NCBI GenBank assembly: GCA_049999805.1
Contig: JBNGIO010005428.1
Location: 36,479-93,858, forward strand
Source: Folioceros fuciformis
Taxonomy: Eukaryota
Direction of reading: 5' to 3'
Length of the DNA: 57,380 nt
A model generated the notes under the pieces. The model made no database searches. It saw only the letters and a list, made by a program, of their open reading frames with translations, and had not been told where the DNA came from. The translations under genes and the position numbers were made by a program. Positions 24,072 through 35,400 of this stretch are shown here, piece after piece. Position 1 is the first letter of the stretch; each line of letters begins with the position of its first letter.

Positions 24072-25015
24072 ATGTCTTGGTCCGGGCCTGATAACTTCCC
24101 TGCCACTACTCTCGCGAATAATCTCGACAGTATGTCCCCCGCACCTTAGGGTTTCCAATTAATGCATGTGCACGGATTTCTTCCTCTGCCCCGCCCTGCT
24201 CAGCACCCTTGGACTGTTGTCAGACCGTTCTTGGTTTAACCCTAACTTTTGTCCTCCACCTCGCTGTCTGCCCCTTTGAATCACGCCCATGCCGTGTGAG
24301 CAAAATTTTTTGCTTGAGTTTGCTTGCGTTTAGGATTGCACTCCTTCATGCACAAATACTTTGCCTTTGACTCTCCATCTGATTATTGTGTGCAGAGAAG
24401 CTTTTAGTAATACTTCGGGATGGAAGGAAGCTCATTGGAACACTTCGATCCTTTGATCAATTCGGTAGGCTTCGTTGGTTTCCCTGCCTTCAGTCGTAGG
24501 TTGTCCTGGTAGCTGAATAAAAGTGGGAGGTCTCACACACTCTTGTGGCGAGCGCAGCAAATGTCGTCTTGGAGGGCACCGTTGAGAGGATCATTGTGGG
24601 GGATCTCTTCTGTGATTTGCAACTCGGGCTTTACATCATCCGGGGGGAAAACGTTGTGCTGATTGGGGAATTGGTATGCCCGAGGTTCTCAGTCTGTTTT
24701 GTGGCTTGGATCCCCTGCGTGGCGTGCTTCGCTGTATGGTTGACGGTGCGGTCAGGAGTTTACACAGTGGCTTGTCTCGTTCAGGATCCACGAACCAGTG
24801 AGCTACCTCCCCACATGGTGAACGTGTCACCGACAGAGATAAGAAGGGTACGAATTATCCTTCTCTCGGTTCAATACTACGATTTTTGTTGCCCTTCCTT
24901 TCCTGTTCTGCTCATGTGAGTTACCATGTGTGAATAGGCTCTCAAAGCTGAGAAGGATGCGACTGAGTTGAAAGGTTCTATGAGGAAGCGGATGGAGTTT
25001 CTTGACCTTGACTAA
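24072..25015 (+). CDS. LSM1: Sm-like protein LSM1 (mRNA decapping activator)
   Basis: Five exons: MSWSGPDNFPATTLANNLD / KLLVILRDGRKLIGTLRSFDQF / ANVVLEGTVERIIVG..GLYIIRGENVVLIGEL / ELPPHMV..EIRR / ..MRKRMEFLDLD*. Confidence 0.95.
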
Positions 25016-25748
25016 GAAGTCATACCAACAGCACTCCTTACCTGGCTGGAGCTTGTCAATATTTCCTGATTTTGAATTACTGTACGTAGATGCGATGTGC
25101 CATACAGACAGCCATATTTATCCGAGCGCATGTCAGCTATGGCGAATTTTTTATGCCGGCTGGCCCGCACATTTTATCGCGGATTGCGTTTTTATGCCTT
25201 CTCGGGAAGATGGAGGGAGGAGGTCGGTTACACTAATTCTTTTCTGTAGAGTAAGTAGCAGCACGAATATGTGATACTTTCTTATGTACTGTGCGCCAAA
25301 GAACTGTGATTACTCCTACAAGGTCTTTGTTTACTGTTACGACTTCGTTTTCCGAGCTTGCAGCTTGTTTTTGTGACGAGCGTTGTCTCCTCCCTCTCTC
25401 TCTTCGTGGTGCTACTTGTTTCCTAACAGCGTCCATTTGAATTGAAGTACCGCGGAAATTGATGTTTGAAAGGGAAATGACCCTTACGTGGGCTTCCCCG
25501 TGTAGGAATCCGCCCGAGAAACAGCAATCTGTTTACACCATCCGAGTTATAGAATGCTCACACAAATATAATCAGCAATGGACTCCTAGAAATTAGGGAA
25601 TGCTACGCCAGGACGCTCAAGACAGCGCAATCAGCCCAAAAGTAGCTAAGACTCGTACCATGCAATGGTAATGGTATGCTTGCAATGAAGGAAGCATCTT
25701 TAGAAGTAAGGAAGCATATTTAGAAGTAAGGTTAGTATATGTCTTCTT

Positions 25749-25773
25749 AACCCTAAATCCTAAACCCTAAACC
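25749..25773 (+). repeat. Short degenerate telomeric repeat (CCCTAAA)n
   Basis: aaccctaaatcctaaaccctaaaccc. Confidence 0.55.
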
Positions 25774-26407
25774 CTTTTAAATTCTTAAATTCAATTTTCA
25801 GCACTTTGGCTCACATTGAAGAATGCTCAATTCGGATTTTAGCAATAGGTTGATAGGGAATGCTCAACAAACCAATTGTGCACTTCCTGTATAGTTGTTG
25901 TTCTGGTGCCATAATATATATGACATACAAATAATACTAAGCTAGAATGTGTACACATAAAATATATAACCAAGTAAATTAATATACATAAAATATAATA
26001 TTTAAAATATATACCAACCTTAGAATGCTTGCTTTAAAAAGATTTTGACTTCTGATTCGGACAGCCCAAGCAAACGCTACACCTTTATGTACTCTGTGCA
26101 CGAGTCCACGGAATAATCTTTACCATGACGTTCCTCAAATCGGCCAATTTGGTGGACTGGAAGTTCCATGTGCTATGAAGAATTGGGTTTGTGCATATTT
26201 TTTTCTGGAAATGCGTTTCCAAGTTGAAGTTGTAGAGGCACACGATCGACCGGCAAGGTGCAAGTCTAAATAGCAAGTCCTAGCCTTGGGACAAAGTCGG
26301 ACTTGTGCAACCTGAGTGCGGACTCCTTGCAGATTTCCTCCGCCGAATGTGTGGTAGGTCTTTGCTGCCTCAGAATGTGACGACTGTTCACGGTGGTTTG
26401 CTCGACG

Positions 26408-29296
26408 ATGAGTCCCGTGGATATTCAGCAAGAAGGTGTGCTCCAGCGCTATGTTATGGCTCTCATCGTTGCGCATCTGCGGGACAATAATCTGTCACAG
26501 GTTTGGGCCTTTCTTGTCTTACTCATCTAGCAGGCTATACCTCTTGCGTCGTTGGGATTTCCCCTGGACACCCAGACAAGCATGCTTGTCATGGATTGTG
26601 TTGGATTTGCAGCCAGCTACAGCCGTGTCAAATGCAACCATGACGCCATTGACGGTTGACGTTCCCTCTAATAAGCTTGTGGACTTAGTGCGCAAGGTAT
26701 ACATGGCGCCCCTTTAAGCTCACACAAGGCTGCACATGCTTATCTGCTGTTCAGAGATTTCAAGCTGCCGTTTAGTAATCGACTTTTGCAACTGGACCAG
26801 CAGGGAATTGCACTAGAGCGAGATGAAGCGACGGGAGTAGCCACCGTCAATACACGTGATTCTGCATCGATTCAGGGCGGTGGGGCTACATCTGCTGGCT
26901 ATGGGCCTCTGCCCAAACTTCCTGTCACGCCCTTGGACTTCAGGTGGTTACATTACACGTTGACGAGAATGCTGAGCGGCTATCGAAGATAGCCAAAATC
27001 TTCGCCATTGTTTTCTCAGAACAAATTGCCGGACGGTCAGTTCTTTCGTCATGAACTGAGTCTCAAAGTGGCGTTCCCATCCCCATGTTTCTGGTTCATA
27101 TGCAGCTCAGCTCAAGACAAGAAAGGGACTCCGAAGAAGTTTCCTAAGCACGAGTCAAGACATGTTTCTGAGCACAAGGTACATTGTCCTCCTTGAAGGT
27201 CACATACGGTTCCATTGCAGCTTGATTTACAGTGATTTCAAGATTTTCGTGAATACGACTTCCACCAGATGTACCGGACAAAGACTAAGGGGTTTTTGGT
27301 CCTTTACTGGCTCTTTCATTGCAGAATATGGCAAGGTGTGCCCGATACAGTCCTGATGGCCGTTTGGTTGCAACAGGAAGTGCAGACACGTCAATCAAAC
27401 TGTTTGAGGTCGTTCCCTTGATTGATGTACACTTAGTTTTGTTCAATGAATGCACTCAAACCCTCCAAGCTGTAATTTTTTTCCCCTTGAGCGTGTGCCC
27501 TGAAAGGGTGGCATTCTGGTACCGCATCTGTACGCCATCATGTCTGTCGTCTGACACAATGCCCTCTGGAGTTTTCAGGTTGACAAGGTGCGGCAGATGA
27601 TGACACCTGATGCAGCGTCGAGAGATACACTTGTTCGCCCCGTCATTAGGACTTTCTATGACCATTTACAGGTTAGGACCCCAGCTGTGTTGACCAGATA
27701 CAGGAAACAGCTTGTCTCAGCATACTCGTAGTGTTCGGACGTGGTTCTCTTGGCATTTGATATTCTCTGGTGCGTATGTGATGGTGCAGCCGATCTACGA
27801 CTTGGATTTTCATCCTCAGTCTGCTGTTTTAGTTTCTGGAGCCAGAGATCGCTCCATAAAGTAAGCCCCACAACTTCTGGTGGTTGTCAGAGGTTCCAAC
27901 TTGTTGATCTCTTGTTCATTCTACTTTCGGACACAGATTTTTTGACTTCTCCAAAACATCGGCACGGAGAGCTTTCCGAGTTATCCAGGTTGGATACTTG
28001 TGGTCTTTACACAAACCAGCTGGACTACAATTTTAAAGCCTTTCTGATGCTGGCTGTCTCTTGAGCTTACCCCCTGTTAGAATCTGAGTATCTGGGATAT
28101 GTGTGGCAACAGCACTCTGCCAAGCAGCCACAAGTCATGTCAATTGCTGAGGAGAGTTGATGTCTGACTCAGGATACACACAACGTTCGGTCAGTTGCAT
28201 TTCATCCTGGTGGGGACTACCTTCTCGCAGGTAGGTGTGCACATGCCTCTAGTACGTGGAGGCTGCTATTCAGTGTCTCTCGAGTTGAATTTCAAATACT
28301 TATCTCGAGTTGAAGTTCAAATACTTATCGGAGGCATATCAAATGGCCTTTGCAGGCACTGATCATCCTGTTCCCCATCTGTATGATGTGAACACCTTCA
28401 AGTGCTACCTATCCGCAGCACTGCAGGAAGGCCATGTGGGCGGGGCGATTAACCAGGTGAGGGAGCGTCAGGAGAGAGCTGCTGTCAGTAGAAGTTGTCC
28501 ATTGCGTGCTGATCTGTGAGACCTGCATGTGGTACATCAGGTGAGGTATGCACCGAATGGTGCATTGTATGTGACAGCAAGCAAAGATGGGGGTGTGCGT
28601 ATCTGGGATGGAGTAAGTGCACGTTGTGTACGAGCCATCAATGCTCATGGTTCTGCAGAGGCCACTAGTGCAAGTTTTACAAAAGACCAACGGTGTGTGC
28701 TATGATCTCTTGACTTGATCTCTATACCAGGAGGTTTAACCTGTTATGTATTACTGTACAATGTTCTTCATTGTGAATTTGCTGTTATATTTCTTTCACA
28801 GCTACGTTCTCACATGTGGGAAGGATTCAAGTGTGAAGATCTGGGAGGTGGGCAGTGGCCGACAGATGAGGCAGTACAGCGGGGCCCAGCATTCTGAGAC
28901 ACGGTGTCAGGTTTGGAGGCCCTGATGCGTGATTGTCATAATGTTGTGTTTGCTATTCTAGCGATTTCAAACGCCGGTCTTGCAGGCTGTCTTCAATCAC
29001 ACGGAACAAGCAGTGCTGTGTATTGATGAAAAGAAAAATGAGGTAGGATTTTTGTTCTCGTGGAACGACGCAGGCTGTTAAGCTTTTCCTTGCATCGGGA
29101 AGGACAAGTGAAAGTTGCTATGCCCACATCCCTTATGCAGGTGGTGGTGTGGGATTCGTTGACGGGGGATGTGGTGTACCGCTACTTAAGCAACCATGTA
29201 GGGGCTCCCAGATGGTTGGAGCATTCTCCTAGTGAAGCCGCATTTGTGACTTGCGGGACCGATCGGTCTGTAAGATTCTGGCGAGATTCCTTTTGA
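26408..29296 (+). CDS. CSTF50: Cleavage stimulation factor 50-kDa subunit (WD40)
   Basis: N-terminal dimerisation domain ALIVAHLRDNNLSQ..ATMTPL..NKLVDLV. Also FPKHESRHVSEHK, ARCARYSPDGRLVATGSADTSIKLFE, RPVIRTFYDH, and terminal WLEHSPSEAAFVTCGTDRSVRFW. Confidence 0.94.
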
Positions 29297-29382
29297 GGAT
29301 GACAGCAAATTCCAACTTAGATACACAATTCCGACTTGGAGAGGGAACGGCTTCCATGGGTACACAAGTGGTAAAGCAAGGG

Positions 29383-30259
29383 TCACTCGCTGTCCTCCTG
29401 GCTCATGCTCCAGAAGGTCACCTCCTGAGTCACAATCTGAACAAAGATGTCCTCAGCTTTCCTCTTGATATGGGGCCTGGCATGCTCCAGGGCCCTGTCA
29501 ACCAAGAATTGAAGCGAGTCGACATAAGTCTTGAACTCATGGCTACCCCAGCGTTCGCAAGCAGACGCCATGTCACTACGAATGTCTGCACCGGGTTGGA
29601 GGCAAGCTTGGAAGCTCTCACTGTAGACCACCTCGATAGCCCACAACGCAACCAGTGCAAGCTCGTAGTCGACACTGTCCTTGCTCAGGTCCTCGAGCAG
29701 CCTGGGCAGGGAACAATGAAATTAGTAAAGAAATCCGATTTCCCAAATTGTACACCCAGGATTCACAATAAAGATATCGAGTGGCTCACGCAATGTACTC
29801 CTCCGTGAACGCTAAAGGAGCAACGCTGTGCAGGTCTATACTCCACTTTTCGGCTTCCTGCCGAAACCACTCAATCTCGGCGGCCAGAACTGCCAGGCCG
29901 TTCAGAATTACATCCAGGTTGTACTCTGTTCCATTTTTCGGCGTCTTGAGGAGCACGCTCGCCACGAAACGCGTGAAAGCTCGGATAAACAGATAGTCCT
30001 GCGCCTGTTATCGGAGGGGCACCGTGCGGTGAAATGAAATCGTCGTGTCTAAGACCACAAAAACCGACTCCTGAGCCACACGCACAGTGAATGAACAAGG
30101 AAGGAGGAGTTATGCACCAACCAGCCATCGCGTGAAAGAGCTGGTGCTGACAGAGCCGTCCCGGATACTCTGGACGAAGGGATGACGAATGGCAAATTTG
30201 TACAGATCGGCATGGTTGCTGATGAAACCCGAGGTCACAGACTGGTGAGCATCAGCCAT
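29383..30259 (-). CDS. TENA_E: TenA_E thiamin-salvage hydrolase (TENA/THI-4 family)
   Basis: Three exons: MADAHQSVTSGFISNHADLYKFAIRHPFVQSIRDGS..RWL / QDYLFIRAF..EIEWF / WAIEVVYSESF..ACERWG..EVTFWSMS. Confidence 0.9.
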
Positions 30260-30645
30260 CTCACTTTCCAGCCGACACCTGGAGGAACGAAGGCACTGCG
30301 TATGGAGGCACTACGTGTTGAGGCACTGCGTGTTGAGAGGTACTTTGTATTGAGGCATTGCGTACGGGGACATATGTGTGTAGAAGAGTTTCTTCTAGAG
30401 TCTAGAAGCAAACCCACGTGCAATAATGCAGTCGTGATAAAATCGTGTTGGAAATACGCAGACTGTCGTATTTTCCTTCTTGTGAACCCACCACAAGACT
30501 TAACTAGACGACAGACCTACATTATTTCAGTGGCAGGACGAGGTTCGACGAAGTCGGGGACCGAGGGCCCGATCGAAATCGTGTGGCCAGAACCAGTCTG
30601 CTGATTAGGCGGAAGCTTGGAATCTGGTTCTGCTCGGCTTTGGAG

Positions 30646-30957
30646 ATGGCATCCCAGTCGGATCCGAGGTTGCCGTCGGCCGCGAGACCGTACAACCCGC
30701 CTCCTGTGGCTGCGCAGGATCTGCCGCCTGATTACTCTAGCCTGCTCGCTATTCTGCTGGGGATTGTCGGTGTCATGTTCCGCTACAAGGCAGCGTCTCT
30801 GCTGGCCCTGGTCGCCTGTGTGCACGCGCTGGCCAACATGAAGAACGCGGAGAATGATCTGAAGCAGATCGTCATGGCTGCCACCTTCGCTCTCATGGGA
30901 TTGCTCACAACCTACTTCGGACCGGGCCCTAGAGGAAGTGTGGCGCCCAGTAGCTAG
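30646..30957 (+). CDS. Protein Asterix / PAT complex subunit PAT10 (WDR83OS, UPF0139)
   Basis: Intronless 103 aa: DPRLPSAARPY..DLPPDYSSLLAILLGIVGVMFRYK..LANMKNAENDLKQIVMA; three hydrophobic segments. Confidence 0.92.
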   Translation: MASQSDPRLPSAARPYNPPPVAAQDLPPDYSSLLAILLGIVGVMFRYKAASLLALVACVHALANMKNAENDLKQIVMAATFALMGLLTTYFGPGPRGSVAPSS

Positions 30958-31407
30958 TTTGCATTCGGTAGGGGTAGTTTTTGGTGGCGATGGTCTTGGC
31001 GGGTGAGCTGCATCTGCTTGAGCAAGAGCTTGACAGGCGCAGGAGCTTTTGGGTCATCGTGGAGAGCCTCCATTCATTTGGATGCATCTGTTTTGCGAAC
31101 CGACAAACGAGCTGACTCACGTCATCTTGCCATATCCGCTGGATTGGTAGCGGCTGACAGAAGTGTCGTAGAGTCCTTTCGGGACGACATTTCAGGGTTT
31201 CGGCATCTGTCACTTGGAACTTGTTACCATGTGCGCCGATTGTTCTAAGACAGTCAAGGGTTTCAGCATCTGTCCCTTGGATCTTGCAACCTCGTGCACT
31301 GTTTGTTTGTAGGATGTGCTTTTCCACGCTTGCGCACACATATGTGGACCGTGAGGCTTAAGTAAACAGTCAAGCCTTGCTTCGAACCAAGCTTGGTTTA
31401 GGAGGTG

Positions 31408-32631
31408 ATGGCTTTGAAGGCAGGATGGGGATCAGGGATAGGTATAGCTGCTGGGACTGTCTGTTTAGACTCAGCTTACTTGTACTGGGGTTTGCGTCGT
31501 CGTCCTTCCGGGTTTCCTCGTCTAATCGCATCAGCTCCCGTGTTGATGAGTTATGTTGTCCTGCCTCTCATCTTCGACAGGTCTACCCATATGCTTGGAG
31601 TGAGTGTGTACTTTTGTTTTTTCACCTGGCTTGCTTCGTTCAAAGTACTCTTGTTGTGCTGGGACAAAGGCCCAGGCACTGAGACTTGGGTTAGCGAAAC
31701 CTATGTCCGGTTCACGATAGTAATGCACTTACCCGTTCACATCCGTCGTAAGGCAAGAGTGCTGAAACACCAGAGACTTTCAAATTCGTCATGGTGGGGG
31801 AAATTGACGACGTATGAGACAGGCCCATACATGGCTTTGCGATGTTTCATCAAGATGCTGCTGCTGGGATTGACTACCAGAGTTTTTGTTTTCCGGCCTT
31901 TCCTCCCGCTGGCTGTGTTAGCATTTGCGAACACTGTGATCATGTACTTGTTTGTGACAGCATTGTTAGAGGGCTTGGCAGTACCAGCTGCTGTTTTTTG
32001 CGGGGTGGAACTTGAGCCACACTTCAACAACCCTTTTGCAGCTTCGTCTTTGGAAGACTTCTGGGCCCGGAGATGGAATCTTGTTGTCAGTGCCCTGTTA
32101 AGGGAAGTTGTGTACGAGCCTACACTGGTCTTCCTGACTCCCCGAGGTGGGTTATTAGACAACCCAAGAACGCGTTCTGGGTTTACAGCGCAGGAGGCCA
32201 ACGCGCCTGATCTCCGGCGGAAAGGGCGGCAGGGTCGGGATGGTTCCAACAGCAATGTGTCGGTGGGGATAAAAGCTTTGCAGGAACCGTTACTTCCTAC
32301 CCAAGCCGCCCGCTTCTGCGCTATGGTTCTCACATTCGTTGTGTCTGGGATTATGCATGAGTTATGTGTCTACTACATGTCTGGTTACGTCTCAGGGGAG
32401 ATGGCAGCCTTCTTCATCCTTCACGGGGTAGCCACTGGTCTGCAGGTAGCGTGGAAGCCTTACATGAGGAGGACAGTCAGGATTCCTCACTGGCTCTCTA
32501 TTCTACTCACTCTCGGGTTCTCTTTGACTTTGGCTATGTGGTTGTTCTACCCGCCTTTAATGGCCACGAACGCTGATGTTCAAGTGTTATCAGAGATGAT
32601 GGCCTTCTTGAAATGGCTCAAAATTCAATGA
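31408..32631 (+). CDS. MBOAT wax synthase / acyl-CoA:sterol acyltransferase-like, copy 1
   Basis: Intronless. FFTWLASFKVLL, LEPHFNNPFAASSLEDFWARRWN, and FVVSGIMHE (catalytic His). Confidence 0.93.
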   Translation: MALKAGWGSGIGIAAGTVCLDSAYLYWGLRRRPSGFPRLIASAPVLMSYVVLPLIFDRSTHMLGVSVYFCFFTWLASFKVLLLCWDKGPGTETWVSETYVRFTIVMHLPVHIRRKARVLKHQRLSNSSWWGKLTTYETGPYMALRCFIKMLLLGLTTRVFVFRPFLPLAVLAFANTVIMYLFVTALLEGLAVPAAVFCGVELEPHFNNPFAASSLEDFWARRWNLVVSALLREVVYEPTLVFLTPRGGLLDNPRTRSGFTAQEANAPDLRRKGRQGRDGSNSNVSVGIKALQEPLLPTQAARFCAMVLTFVVSGIMHELCVYYMSGYVSGEMAAFFILHGVATGLQVAWKPYMRRTVRIPHWLSILLTLGFSLTLAMWLFYPPLMATNADVQVLSEMMAFLKWLKIQ

Positions 32632-33114
32632 TTCGTGCGTCCACATGCTAGCATTTCTCGTGGCTCAAAACTCAGATAGGTCTTGCAATAGGTGTGTGGC
32701 CCTTGTAAACATGTTGACAAACATTTGACAGGCCACATACACAATGAGTGTGCAATTGTGAAATATAAGGTACGTGCTATACATGTATGGCTGGACTTCA
32801 TTCTAGGGGTCGTCACGACCTCATCCTGCGCCCCGAGGATCGGGGCACAGGTAGAATTTGGTGGTACAAGCACCAGTGGATTGTGCGCTGTCAAAGCCGA
32901 TTTTCGTTCGTGCTCGGTTTCGTGACGTGGCCCGTAAGTTGTCTGAAGGTGTCAGGTCCTAAGTTGCCGTTGGCCGTCGGGCCATCCAAGCGAACGGAGT
33001 GGCTGCTCAAGGGCTACTTACATTGCCAAGATTATCTATCCGGTCCGTCCGGTGCGAAGTTGCAGGAACTTTCTTAAAAAAGGAAACGAACCAAACCCCG
33101 TGACGAGTAGGGAG

Positions 33115-33398
33115 GAGGGCTCCGTATCACGGACCGAGCTCCGTTTGCTCCGTCTACCATATAACTGTGAACCGCTTAATCCTTCTGGCTACATTGTTGG
33201 GGATTGTTGGTTGTCGGTTGCGCTCTGAGCCGGTGTCATCATTTCGTTTGTCTGTCGTGTCGACGCGCTCGCGAGAGGCCGAGAATGATCTGAAATAGAT
33301 CGTCTGGGCCCCCACTTTCTCTACATCTAGATCTCATGTCTTCGTTCACATCCTACATCAGTCCAGCTCCTAAAATAAGTGCTGCACCCAGGAGCTAG
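33115..33398 (+). pseudogene. Degenerate duplicate of Asterix
   Basis: Collinear matches to 30646-30957: accatataac~accgtacaac, tggggattgttggt~tggggattgtcggt, cggtgtcat, gagaatgatctgaaaTAGatcgtc~gagaatgatctgaagCAGatcgtc, cccaggagctag~cccagtagctag. Deletions, an in-frame stop and no start ATG. Confidence 0.75.
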
Positions 33399-33859
33399 TG
33401 CTGTGAGAGGATTGCAGCCCACTAGCAACTTCTGTTGTTGTCTTTGTCGTCAGATCTCCACATGTCTGCCCGAATCCTACGGTTGCACATTAGGGTACGT
33501 TGCTGGTGAAGTCGGAATTCTTCGATCAAGTCTGAGCTGCATTTGCTTGTTTATAAGCTTCACACCTGCAGGAGGTTTCGGGACCATTGTGGGGAGCCGC
33601 ATTCTTCTGGATGTATCTGTGTTTTCGTATGGGAAATGAGCTGACTGACTTCATCCAGGGTCACTGATTTGGAACCGGCTAGCAGAACTGTCTTCCTGGC
33701 AAGTCGGGATACAATCCAAAGTTTCGGCATCAGTCCGTTGGATTTGCAACCTTGTACGGTCGTTGTTTTACGTTCTTTTCAACGATTGTGACCAGTTGAC
33801 CATAGGGTTGCAGTATCCACGCAGTCAACCCGTGCTTCTAACCAATATCGTAGGACGTT

Positions 33860-35089
33860 ATGGCGTTGAAGGTGGGATGGGGAAACGGGATAGGAATAGC
33901 TGCTGGGACTGTCTGCTTAGATTCAGCTTACTTGTACTGGGGTTTGCGTCGTCTCCCTTGTGGTTTACCTCGCCTATTTGCCTCAGTTCCAGTGTTAGTG
34001 AGTTATGTTGTCCTTCCTCTTATCTTTGACAGGTCTACCAATGTGATTGGAGTGGGTTTGTGCTTCTTTTTCTTCACCTGGCTCGCTACATTCAAAGTGC
34101 TCTTGTTGTGCTGGGACAGAGGCCCAGGCTCCGAGCCTTGGGTTCGCGAAACCTATGCCCGGTTTGCGATAGTATTGCACGTCCCCGTCCACATCCGTCG
34201 CAAGGCAGGGGTTCTGAAACATAAGGTTTTGAATGCTTCATGGTGGGAGAAAGTGGCGACGTATGAGACAGGCCCGTATCTGGCTCTACGATGCATCATC
34301 AAGCTGCTGCTGCTGGGATTGTCTACCAGAGTTTTTGCCTTCCGGTCTGTCCTTCCACTTCCTGTGATAGCATTTGCGTACTCGATGAACCTGTACTTGT
34401 TTGTGACACTAGTGCTCGAGGGAGGGGCCGTACCAGCAGCGGTTTTGTGCGGGGTGGAGCTTGAGCCACACTTCAACAACCCCTTTGCAGCTTCATCTTT
34501 GGAAGACTTCTGGGCTCGGAGATGGAACCTTGTTGTAAGTGCTCTGTTAAAGGAAGTTGTGTACGAGCCTACGCTGGTGTTCCTAACGCCCCGCGGTGGA
34601 TCATTGGACAAGTCAAGAAAGCCTGTTGGGCTTGTAGCGAAGGTCCCCGAGGCCAACCTGGCTCATCTCCGGTGGAAAATGCAGCAGGGTGGGGATGGTT
34701 CCAACAGCAAGGTTTCGGTGGAGGCTACGTCTTTGGGAAAACCGGTCCCTCCAACCAAGGCTGCTCGATTTTGCGCCACGCTTTTGACTTTCTTTGTATC
34801 GGGGGTCATTCATGAGATTTGTATGTACTACATGTCTGCATACGTCTCAGGGGAGATGACAGCCTTCTTCACACTTCATGGGGTAGCCACTGGTCTACAG
34901 GTCGCTTGCAAGCCGTACTTGAAGAAGAACGTGGTGAGGATTCCTCACTGGCTGTGTATCCTACTCACGCTTGGGTTCACTTTGATGACGGCTATGTGGT
35001 TGTTCTTCCCACCTTTTATTGCCACTGACGCCGACCTCCGAGCATTTTCGGAGTTGATGGCCTTTTCGAAGTGGCTTAGAATTCAGTAA
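33860..35089 (+). CDS. MBOAT wax synthase / acyl-CoA:sterol acyltransferase-like, copy 2
   Basis: Intronless 409 aa, collinear paralogue of 31408-32631; motifs SSLEDFWARRWN and SGVIHE intact. Confidence 0.93.
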   Translation: MALKVGWGNGIGIAAGTVCLDSAYLYWGLRRLPCGLPRLFASVPVLVSYVVLPLIFDRSTNVIGVGLCFFFFTWLATFKVLLLCWDRGPGSEPWVRETYARFAIVLHVPVHIRRKAGVLKHKVLNASWWEKVATYETGPYLALRCIIKLLLLGLSTRVFAFRSVLPLPVIAFAYSMNLYLFVTLVLEGGAVPAAVLCGVELEPHFNNPFAASSLEDFWARRWNLVVSALLKEVVYEPTLVFLTPRGGSLDKSRKPVGLVAKVPEANLAHLRWKMQQGGDGSNSKVSVEATSLGKPVPPTKAARFCATLLTFFVSGVIHEICMYYMSAYVSGEMTAFFTLHGVATGLQVACKPYLKKNVVRIPHWLCILLTLGFTLMTAMWLFFPPFIATDADLRAFSELMAFSKWLRIQ

Positions 35090-35400
35090 CATGCTCTCTG
35101 AAGTCGTGGCTTTAGGATACACTAGCTTAGCATTAGCAATCCGAAGCACAACAAATGTTACGGTACAAGTGGATTTATAAAGGCGCCTATTATAGTACAT
35201 ACTCGTACAACCTACTCCTTATTGTTCTCCAGTTTTGAGGAGAATGAGGAAGGACCTCGTAGGTGTCCATCGACAACAACCTCCGTTAAGTAGTATCTGC
35301 TGCAAAGCACAAGGAGAGATTCCGGCCTCGAGGCAGACGTGGCACAAGCGTGTCGGGCCAACTTGCCTATCTTGGATGAAGCCCGTCCTAACGGATGATA

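Noticed and set aside
30290-30360. 15-bp repeat (gaggcactgcgtgtt-like) giving ALRVE repeats in a + strand ORF
   Set aside because: A minisatellite in the TenA_E 5' leader or bidirectional promoter; the ORF is antisense to TenA_E with no family support.
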